Positions 52,283 through 62,723 of a stretch of DNA of 64,000 nucleotides are shown one piece after another. Made by a program: the position numbers and the translations under genes. The notes beneath the pieces were generated by a model that worked only from the letters and a program-made list of their open reading frames with translations, made no database searches and was not told the origin of the DNA. The DNA is from Octopus sinensis. Lineage: Eukaryota. Location of the stretch: positions 69,502,001 through 69,566,000 of the forward strand of contig NC_043004.1 in assembly GCF_006345805.1 (NCBI RefSeq). The letters run 5' to 3'. How positions within the stretch are numbered: the stretch's first letter is position 1; the number at the start of each line of letters is the position of its first letter.

Positions 52283-52810
52283 TATATTATATATATATAT
52301 ATATAATATTTGTATGGTGGAGGTGCAATGGCCCAGTGGTGAGGGCAGCGAACTCTCAGTCATAGGATTGCAGTTTCAATCCCCATGAGGCTCCTGCTGT
52401 ACTCTTTCACCTCAACTTTCTCTCACTCTTTCTTCCTGTATTTCAAAGGGCCAGCCTTGTCACACACTGTGTCACACTGAATCTCCCTGAGAATTACATT
52501 TAGGATACACGTGTCTGTGGTGTGCTCAGCCATTTGCACGTTAATTTCACAAGTAGTCTGTTCTGTTGATCAGATCAACTGGAACCCTCGTCACCGCTGA
52601 CGGAGTGCCACAATGTATGCATGTGTGTGTGAGTGTGTGTTTATCACCCCACCATCGCTTGACAACCGATGTTGGTGTGTTTATATTCCTGTAACTTAGT
52701 GGTTCAGCTAAAGAGACCAATAGAATATGTACTAGGCTTACAAAGAATAAGTCCTGGGGTGGTACTCCAACATGGCTGCAGTTAAGATGACTGAAACAAG
52801 TAAAACAAAA
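52070..52810 (+). mobile_element. SINE family A interrupted by a family C SINE (~52315-52612)
   Basis: The insertion lies in the central microsatellite of the A copy. Confidence 0.75.
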
Positions 52811-53196
52811 GAATATATATATATAGTTTAACAATCCAATGGAGGTAGAATCAACAAAAAACGTGCTCCCTCTGGTGAGAGATAAATACTAATTTAAATA
52901 CACAACCGAAAGAGCCACTAATAGTTTCATACTATTATGATACTTGAACAGAAATATTTATAAAATATTCCATTGTATCTTAAAGCAATCTTCAGGCCCT
53001 GCTTTCACATACATGGTGTATTTTATAAATATGCCTGTTCAATTATCATAATAGCCTGAAACTATTAGTAGCTCTTTTGGTTGTGTATTTTTGATATAGA
53101 TATATAGTTGAAATTTACAGTAAAACAAAGGACGAAGGACAGGTGTATGAACCACAAGCAGGTGTAATAGTTTGGAGCTCAAGAAAGTAACATGTG

Positions 53197-53231
53197 TTTT
53201 AGGTTTCAAGCCTATGCTCTTCAACAGAAAG
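53197..53231 (-). ncRNA. Hammerhead-like motif, A6U variant
   Basis: ttt-CTGTTGA-a-gagc(atag)gctt-GAAA-cc-TA-aaa. Confidence 0.4.
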
Positions 53232-53289
53232 GAATAAGGGAAAATGTGTGTGTGTGTGTAAAATATCTATTACTAGATAAAGATCCTTC

Positions 53290-53500
53290 CCCAGTCATAT
53301 AGCCTCATGGGACTGATTTTTCCCAGTTTCCAGGGCTTGTCCACTGGATGTACTCATTTTTGCCAGCTCAGTGGACTGGGGCAATGTGGAGAAAAAAGTG
53401 TTTTGCTCAAGAGCTCAATGCATCACCCAGTCCAGGAATCGAAACCACAATCTTACGATCATGAGTCCAACACCCAAACATTAAGCCATGCACCTCCATA
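53290..53500 (-). mobile_element. SINE family C
   Basis: Homologous to 11240-11455 and 23570-23745. Confidence 0.65.
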
Positions 53501-54216
53501 CACACACACACACACACACACATATATTGTGGAGTGTGGTGAATAAATATATATATATATATATTAGCTGTGTGTGTGTACATAACCTGAATACCTTTCT
53601 GCCTGTACTGCGGTGCTCGGGTACTCGCGTATGTATTCGTCTATATTTGTCGTGTTTGCATTTTAATTTTGACCCAACCTGGTTCTTACTATTTAAGTGC
53701 CTGATTCACTTGAATCCTAGTCTTTTGTTATATGTATATGTATTTTCAAATTTGTGCAAATGTGTATAAAATAATATAACAATGGAATAAAGTTACAACA
53801 TGGTCTGGTTTTCACGTATGAAAGCACTACTTGAACATACTAAATATTTTTTTATTGTTAAACACACTTCAACATGTAAAAAAATGTTTTTGAATACAAT
53901 AATGGAACTGAAAACAGACCATGTTGTAACTTTATTCAACTGATATATATATCCTACATATAATATTTATAAACAAACCAGAAGGCTTTGTAAGTTACAG
54001 AGAGAAAATTGAGCTATGGGTTAGCTCATTTTTCAGTCAATTTCTTTATATATAAATGTCACTTTATATTGGAGAGTATATATATTATTTGTTATGATAT
54101 ATTATTATAGTTATTATATATATGTAGTATTTATTTATAGAAAAACAAAAGACGAAGACAGGTGTATGAACAACGAGCAAGTGTAATAGTTTGATGCTTG
54201 GGAAAAATGAAAAAGT

Positions 54217-54252
54217 CTTTTATGTTTCGAGCCTATGCTCTTCAACAGAAAG
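54217..54252 (-). ncRNA. Hammerhead-like motif, A6U variant (best copy)
   Basis: cttt-CTGTTGA-a-gagc(atag)gctc-GAAA-ca-TA-aaag; 4-bp stems I and II. Confidence 0.5.
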
Positions 54253-54549
54253 GAATAAGAGAAAATAAACAGGGAGAGAATGAAAAACACTTGTAGATTT
54301 CAGTGGCCCAACATGGTGAATAATTGGGGAAAAAGAGGTTGAAAGAAATGGAGATAATAATATAAAAGGAGGCTGAATGAAAGAGAAATAATAAAGTGAT
54401 CCCAACAAGAAAAGGTGCATGTGTGTGTATGTGAGAATGGTGTGTGTGTGTGTGTGAATAGGGGTGAGTGACTCTGACATGTGTGTGTAGTAGTTGTGTG
54501 CTTTTTCATGTGGTGTGTGTGTGTGTCTGTCTGCAACCAAACAGTATGC

Positions 54550-54590
<41 letters not shown>

Positions 54591-54878
54591 GTGTGTGTGG
54601 GCAAAAGTTATCTTTGTCTATGTATGTTGCATGTGTTGATGTGTGTGTATGTATTCAGGAATTACGTGCTTGTGTGGGTGGGATGTGTGCACTCAGTGTG
54701 TGTGTGTGGCTGCTCATATGGTGGTATGTGTGTTGACACTATTGAAGATTGTGTGTGTGGGTATGTGGATGATGGTGTGGGTGATGGAAGTGGTCAGCGC
54801 TAGTGTATGGAGAGTGGTGTGGGGTTGGTATCAAAAATATATATATATATAATATATATATATAATATATATATATAT

Positions 54879-55075
54879 GTAGGTCCCGGTTGAGTCGGGG
54901 TTAACCACAGTAAATAAGGTACTCAATACATAGCAGAGTAAATTAATTTATTTTATAGAAGGAGCTTCTACAGGACTAGAACTGTTTCATTCAAAAGAAA
55001 TCATCAGGAAGCTCCTGATGATTTCTTTTGAATGAAACAGTTCTAGTCCTGTAGAAGCTCCTTCTATAAAATAAA
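54879..55075. mobile_element. Fold-back Penelope-like remnant in (TA)n
   Basis: Near-perfect palindrome 54947-55075 centred on agct (55010-55013), with a unique left extension and TA tracts on both sides. Confidence 0.7.
54961..55015 (-). ncRNA. Putative type I hammerhead ribozyme
   Basis: ggagcttc-CTGATGA-tttc(tttt)gaat-GAAA-cag(ttctagtc)ctg-TA-gaagctcc: full core, 8-bp stem I, stem III, GUA triplet. Confidence 0.7.
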
Positions 55076-55534
55076 ATATATATATATATATACTATGTAA
55101 AATTTTTACGCAGTATTTTTGGCCAGATATTCTTTCTTTAGCTGACTCTAGCACCACCACCCTCTATCTCACTTATTTTTCAAGGGAATGATTTTTGTCC
55201 CCTGGTTGTCACAAGCTGGGAGTGCAAGAGTTGTGATATTTATTATTTACAACAGATATAAACAGAGGTGAATACATCATCACTTTACTTAAACAGGGGT
55301 TATGCAATGTCAAGCTGACTCAAAATACACAACACATGCTCATACACACACATATATATATTCATCCATCCGTACACACACGCACACACGCACATGATGG
55401 ACTTGCATCTAGTTCCCATGTACCAATTTTAGTCACAGAGCTTTGGTCAGTGTCATCTATGAAACTATATCTGATATGAAAAACTGTGTTGATGATTGTG
55501 TGTGTAAATTAAATTGTGCAAAGAAACTCTTTTT

Positions 55535-56015
55535 TACACCACCATCGGTTGTCAAGTTATGTTGGGAGCACAAACACACCCACACATATATACATATACA
55601 TATGTACGACGGGCTTCTTTCAGTTTCCATCTACCAAATCCACTCACAAGGCTTTGGTCGGTCAAGGCTATAGCAGAAGACACTTGCCCAAGGTGCCAAG
55701 CCACTCCTGCGCCTATACAATATCATTGGTTATAACTGATAACAATTACATTACTTTAAAAGCATCATTCACTGATTTCAGTCATTAGACTGTGGCCATG
55801 CTGGGGCACTGCCTTGAAGAATTTTTCGTCAAATGTATTGGTCCAGTACTTGTTTTTTAAAGCCTGGTACTTCAAAGAATTCTATCAGTCTTTGTTGTTG
55901 AACTACTAAGTTACAGGGGTGTAAACATACCACCACCAATTGTCAAGCGGTGGTGAGAGAAGAGACACAAACACACACACACACACACACGACAGGCGTC
56001 TTTCAGTTTCTATCT
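55535..56015 (-). mobile_element. Two partial family A SINEs
   Basis: Family motifs at 55535-55717 and 55770-56015. Confidence 0.75.
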
Positions 56016-56114
56016 AAAAAATAAGAAATAGGTATTTTATTCCAAGCTTTGGAGATTTCACTGCTTCAATCAACAATTTGAAAATATGCAGTTTCAATGT
56101 ATGAAGAGCTTTAA

Positions 56115-56332
56115 CCCTTTAGTGTTTAAACCGGCTATATCCGGCCCAAATATTCTGCTCATTTTATGCTCAAACTGGCCAGAACCAGTATCTCACACTT
56201 ACCCTGCAATGTCATTCTAAAAATAACAATTGCATCTTTCAAATCTTGAAGTTACAAGATAAATACCAGATTAATTTTTAAAAGTGTAAATGAATAAGGA
56301 TTACTTTTGACATTAATTTGAACGCTAAAGGG
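56115..56332 (-). mobile_element. piggyBac-like MITE, complete
   Basis: TTAA at 56111-56114 and 56333-56336; TIRs ccctttag / ctaaaggg. Confidence 0.85.
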
Positions 56333-56388
56333 TTAAGGAATTCCTGCAATAATCTATGATTTCTAAATAATATCAGTTTCTCATTTGG

Positions 56389-56607
56389 CCCTTAAGCATT
56401 CAGATTGCCCTATCAAACGTAATGCTTATATATTTACATTATTTTAAATTACTCATTCATTGTGTTGTAGCCTTGAGATTTCAGTGACGTGACTCTTCTG
56501 GAATGACATTGTAGGATTGGTGTAAGAGGCCAGATCTGGCTAGTTTGAACATAAAACAAGAATAATATTTGGGTTGGATATGGCTGGTTGAAATGCTAAA
56601 CAGTTAA
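56389..56607 (+). mobile_element. piggyBac-like MITE, second copy in opposite orientation
   Basis: cccttaagcattcagatt ... aatgctaaacagttaa. Confidence 0.75.
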
Positions 56608-57399
56608 ACCATGCTTGTTATATATACATAGCTATATTTATGGGAGGTGAAGTGTGGCTGGATGGTTAATAAGTTTCATTTTGAAACCTCAAGGTTCTGG
56701 GTTCAGTCCTACTGTATGGCATATTATGCAAATTTTTTTTCTCTATAACCTAGAGTGAAACTGGGCTGGCAGAAACTTCATAGAAGACTATCGGGTGGGT
56801 TTTACCTGTAATTCAAAAGGTACAGCTTTGCTGCACACTTTTAGGGGTACACATACATGTGCAGTCCTCAACTACATACACATTAATTCAAGAGCAGGTA
56901 ATTCATTTGAGTGGACAATTGGATCCACATCATCAAATGCTGATGATCTTTTACCACCATATGTACGCACACACAAAAACATGACTTCTGGCAGGATTTG
57001 AACTCAGAACATAAAGAGATGGAAGAAAGCCTTGAAAACATTTTCTCTGATGCTGTAATGATTCTGCCAATCCACCAGTCTTGATGATTTAATGATGATA
57101 ATAATAACGATACTAATAATCATCACCATCATCAGTTCTGAGTAAGTTTGAGTGCAAAGTGTTTAATCTTCTTGTAGAACTCTAAACAATCATTTCCAAT
57201 ATACAAAAGGCCATTAACAAAAAGTGAGTGTACTGGATGTTCAAATGAAGTGGAAAGATAACAGAAAGTTTCTCTCTGATGGTTTTATCAGTTGAACTTT
57301 GTCACAGTTCAAAGAATTTTTGGAGAAATTATTATTTTTTTTCCCCTCTCTTTGCTGATAACATTGATGACAAAAGGGATTTTTTTCACCATTATGTAT

Positions 57400-57770
57400 T
57401 CTTTTATTCTTTTACTTCTTTCAGTCATTTGACTGTGGCCATGCTGGAGCACCACTTTTAGTCGAGCAACTCAACCCCAGGACTTATTCTTTGTAAGCCT
57501 AGTACTTATTCTATTGGTCGCCTTTGCCGGACCGCTAAGTTGTCAAGTGATGTTGGGGGGGGATAAACACAGACACACAAACATATACACACACACATAC
57601 ATACATTATATATATATATACACACACAAACACGATGGGCTTCTGTCAGTTTCCGTCTACCAAGTCCACTCACAAGGCTTTGGTCAGCCAGAGGCTCTAA
57701 TAGAAGACACATGCTCAAGGTGCCATGCAGTGGGACTGAACCTAGAACCATGAAGTTGGTAAGCAAGTGT
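57400..57770 (-). mobile_element. SINE family A
   Basis: Collinear with consensus, with an internal deletion. Confidence 0.8.
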
Positions 57771-58418
57771 TAAGAAAAACAAACTAGCCATTCTTTTTGT
57801 TGTTGGTTAACCCTAGGTTGACCCTGATTGAGCATACCTGTGATCAAAGACATACCTATCATGTCTTTTTCCTATGTGCAGAGAACCCAGCTTCAGATTA
57901 TCCAAACTGTTTTCCCCCCTTTTTTTAATTTTGCTTGTTTGAGATAATATGGGTATGATTTGAAGGATATTAACCTGTTATTTCTACAATACCATGTGGC
58001 CAAATAGAGCACTGATTCTTTGACTGGTTTTGGCACAGAACTTCTATCTATACTCCACAGACAGTCCCCACTACCCTAACTTTAATACAACATTGAATTA
58101 AGCAAGCATTCTTATCATTATACAAATTATTATTGTTGTTGTTGTTATTTGTAGCAGTAATGTTAATGCTGTTAACAAGCAGTAGAACTCATGGAATTGA
58201 GTATTACTGTGACAGATTAACAGATTAAATGTCTTGTGATATTTTTAGTTCAACTCTTCACATTCTGAATTCAGATCCCATCAGGCTTACTCAAATATGC
58301 TCCCTTCATATACTGAAATTACCTGTAACCAACTGTGACCTGGGATCAATGTTAGAAATTATTTATTCAATTTTATAATTTATGTTATTATTATATTATT
58401 ATTATATTATTATATAAA

Positions 58419-58922
58419 AGGCAGTGAGTTGGCAGAATCATTAGCACACTGAGCAAAATGCTTAGCAGCATTTCGTCTGTTCGAATTCCACTGAGGTCAA
58501 CTTTACCTTTCATATTTTGGGGATTGATAAATAAAGTCCCAGGGAAACCTGAGGTCGATGTAATTGACTGGTCTCCTCCATTATCATCATCATCATGTGC
58601 ATTATTGTTAGAGCAGTAAGTTGGCAAGATGGTCAGTGCTTTGGACAAAATGCTTAGTGGCATTTCTTCCATCTTTATGTTCTGAGTTCAAATACTGCTT
58701 GAGGTTGACTTTGCCTTTCATCCTCTCAGGCTTGATGAAATAAGTACCTGGTGAATACTGGGGTCAGTATAATTGACAATCCCCCACTAAAAAAAATTCC
58801 GGGCCTTGTGCTTCTAGTAGAATGGATTATTATTATCATTATTATTAGGGCAGTGAGTTGGCAGGATGATGAGTGTTTCAGAGAAAACATTTGGTGGGCA
58901 TTTCTTCCTGTTCTTTAGGTTC
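58419..58922 (+). mobile_element. Three tandem family B SINEs
   Basis: Heads gcagt(g/a)agttggca at ~58421, 58613 and 58850, with (ATT/ATC)n spacers. Confidence 0.75.
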
Positions 58923-59265
58923 TAATCAGATATGAGATAATAACAATTCAAAGTAAATAACACTGAAAAGGACTTTTGTGCGTTCCCAGAGAATATTACC
59001 CTCAGGGGCGCTAGTGTTAGTATATTTGTGAATAAGTCACTAACTGAAATAAGTGGATCTATTGTTTAGGAAAATACTATTTACTTGTTTAAGGGTTGTA
59101 CTGGATAAATTGCAAAAATAACTCTAACAGTTTAAATACTAAGAAATAAGCATGCTCAATTTGATTTATACCAAATAATTTAGGAAATGGATGGGTTATT
59201 TTCCTTGGTTATATATAAGGATCCCTTCCAGTGGCAATAGGTATTTCCCTTGGTTTTTAAAATAA

Positions 59266-59378
<113 letters not shown>

Positions 59379-59562
59379 AGGATCCCTTCCAGGGGGCCTA
59401 TTATCGATTTTTTTTCAACAATCTGAGTATGCCATGAGGTTTCCAGACATGAGTTCTATTCAAATGTCAAGTTTCATCAAAATCGATAGAACGATGCAGG
59501 AGGAGTTCGCTAACAACTCTGCAAACGCATCCAATGACAGAATTTCTCATTTATGTAGTAGA
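59379..59562 (+). mobile_element. HINE/Helentron-like 3' fragment
   Basis: aagtttcatcaaaatcg core motif (as at 4672-4686) and tagtagat terminus. Confidence 0.45.
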
Positions 59563-60781
59563 TATATAAAGCGCAAATTATTTGTGATCAGAGGCGTTCA
59601 AAAGCCAAGGTACTACTATACTTTTCATGCGCTGGGGTTGATGAAATTGACTTGGCTCCTCTCACTAAAATTGTGTCAAAATTTGAAACATTTATTATTC
59701 TTTTATTCAATTATGGGACTGCAGGATGGCAAAATGTGAAGGAGCAGCAGAAGAGCTGAACTGAGCCAATGGTAGTTCTTACATTGATTCTGAGCGAAGG
59801 AATCCTAGAAGACCAATGGGCAGGATCACTAAGTTCTATCGAGAGAATAATGGCCTTCATGATTGTGTAATCAGCTCTGGAGTTGTTATGGCTGAAACTC
59901 CCAATTCCTGATAATGGATTTAGATGGTAACAGGGAGTGATGGGAATCTGTGAAAGTAGCATCGCAGATTGTGAAGAGGCAGTGGAAGAACTCAACTGAG
60001 CTAATGATGCTTCTTACATTGATGCTGAGTAGACAAATTCTAGAAGGTCAATGGTCAGGATCATGAAACTCTATCAAGAGAGTAACTGCAATGCACCCAT
60101 AGGGGTGGCCTCCATGTTTGTGTAATCAGTTAATGAAAGATTCATTATGACTCAAATTCATAATAATGGAATTGGATGGCGGCAGAGAGTCATGGGAATA
60201 CTCGAAAGCATTGAAAGAGAATTGAAGGTGGTGAGCTGGAAGAATCGTTAGCATGCCAGGAAAAATGCTTAGCGGCATTTCTTTTGACTTTTTACATTCT
60301 GAGTTCAAATCCTGCTTAGACCATTCTTCTGAGTTGATAAATAATTAAGTCAAAGACTCAATTGCTAGCCTTGTTGCAAAACCAGAAATAATTGTTGTTG
60401 TTATGTGACTGCCTGGTGCAGCAGTCCTCTTTGGTATCAGCAATGCACTCTGTGAGCCACTTAGAGCCACATAACTCTGCTTCATGTCCTTTAACAAATG
60501 CATCAACAACAGCAGCAGCAAAACCAGCAACACAGTAAGAATAGTAATTTCCTAATTCTGCTCTCTAAGGCTTCTTCCCTAATTAAGAAAACATTGTTGT
60601 TAAATTTGATATATGTAAACATATTTACTTTTCATTGAAAGGAATTTATGAAACGAGAGAAGGCAGCAGCAGCAGTAGTAGCAGCAGCAACCATAACACA
60701 GTTATTTTGTGATGTCATAGGGTAGTTGAAATTTTATATATGTTGTTATGCATTGTATGTGTGTATATATACGTATATATA

Positions 60782-60831
<50 letters not shown>

Positions 60832-61056
60832 GTGTATATATATATATATGTATATATCTTTTATATTGTTTCTGTAATTAGACCGTGGCCATGCTGCATC
60901 CCTGCCTTGGAAAATTTTTAGTTGAATGTCTCCACCGCAGAATTTATTCTGTCGTTCTTTATTGTCAAACTGCTAAGTTATGGGAGCATAAACACACAAC
61001 ACTGGTTCTTGTCTGGGGGGGGGACAAACAGACACAGATACACACACACACATATA

Positions 61057-61218
61057 GGCACAGGAGTGGCTGTGTGGTAAGAAGCTTGCTTTCCAACCAC
61101 ATGGTTCTGGGTTCAGTCTCTCTACATGCTACCTTGGGCAAGCGTCTTCTACTATAACCTCGGGCTGACCAAAGCCTTGTGAGTGGGTTTGGTGGATGGA
61201 AACTGAAAGAAGCCCGTC

Positions 61219-61270
<52 letters not shown>

Positions 61271-61719
61271 TCATCATCATCGTTTAACGTCCGCTTTCCA
61301 TGCTAGCATGGGTTATATATATATATCTGTGTGTGTCTGTTTGTCCCCCCCACGTCGCTTGACAACCAATGTTGGTGTGTTTACATCACCATAACTTAGC
61401 GATTCGGCAAATGAGATCGATAGAATAAGTACTAGGCCTACAAAGAATAAGTCCTGGGGTCAATTTGTTCAACTAAAGATGGTGCTCCAGCATGGCCGCA
61501 GTCAAATGGCTGAAAGAAGTAAAAGACTGAAAAAATAAATATGTATGATGGGCTTCTTTCGGTTTCCATCTACCAAATCCACTCACAGGCTTTGGTCGGC
61601 CTGAGGCTATAGTAGAAGACAGTTGCCCAAGGTACCATGCAGTGGGACTGAACCCCAAACCATGTGGTCGGGAGGCAAGCTTCTTACCATACACCCATGC
61701 CTGTGATACACACACACAC

Positions 61720-61750
<31 letters not shown>

Positions 61751-62124
61751 CTCTTTTACTCTTTTACTTGTTTCAGTCATTTGACTGCGGCCATGCTGGA
61801 GCACCGCCTTTAGTCGAGTAAATCAACCCCGGGACTTATTCTTTGTAAGACCAGTACTTATTCTATTGGTCTCTTTTGCCGAACCGCTAAGTGACAGGGA
61901 CATAAACACACCAGCATCAGTTGTCAAGCAATGCTAGGGGGACAAAACATACATATATATATATATATATACGACAGGCTTCTTTCAGTTTCCGTCTACC
62001 AAATCCACTCACAAGGCTTTGGTCGGCCCGGGGCTGTAGCAGAAGACACTTGCCCAAGATGCCACGCAGTAGGACTGAACCCGGAACAATGTGGTTGGTT
62101 AGCAAGCTACTTACCACACAGCCA
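61057..62124. mobile_element. Cluster of family A SINEs (61057-61530 plus, 61545-61702 minus, 61750-62124 minus)
   Basis: Near-consensus copies. Confidence 0.85.
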
Positions 62125-62149
62125 TATATATATATGCGACCGCCCCCCC

Positions 62150-62322
62150 ACCCCCACCACCAATACCGATGAACACTGTTCTCACCCCCACCACCAATAC
62201 CGGTGAACACTGTTCTCACCCCCACCACCAATACCGGTGAACACTGTTCTCACTGCCACCACCAATACCGGTGAACACTGTTCTCACCCCCACCACCAAT
62301 ACCAGTATACCCTGTTCTCACC
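62150..62322 (+). repeat. 33-bp tandem repeat (~5 copies) cccccaccaccaataccggtgaacactgttctca, upstream of the RTE ORF
   Basis: Direct inspection. Confidence 0.9.
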
Positions 62323-62723
62323 ATCTACACCGGATACGCCCTACTCCCTCCTCCTCCCCCCACTACCCCTTCTCATATGCTTTCACTGTGAAAAGACAAG
62401 CTGCTAGCGCCATAGCTCATCAACTGCCCACCGATCTTACGCTTCCTCCTGACACTGCCTCAATCCGACCATCCCCTTTTAGTACCCTCCCGCCTCGTAA
62501 TATCCTACGTTTTTATTTCTTACGAACCTACACCAACCCTTCCTGCCATCGTTCCTCCTTACCCCAACCTTCCCCACTGGTTGCTCCCCTATATTACCCG
62601 CCTCAACTGGACCCTCCCTCCCCAACTCAACTCTAGAATATCTGTATTTCTTTCCTCTACCTAATTACGTTACTCAGTGACGATAACGAATGTCCACTGC
62701 TAACACCAGCTCCTGCCCACGGC

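Noticed and set aside
52873-52915. CTGGTGA...CGAAAG hammerhead candidate
   Set aside because: Core mismatch and no stem II pairing.
60400-60540. Possible coding exon ending at CA|GTAAGA
   Set aside because: No clear acceptor, low-complexity CAG/CAA content and no recognisable protein similarity.
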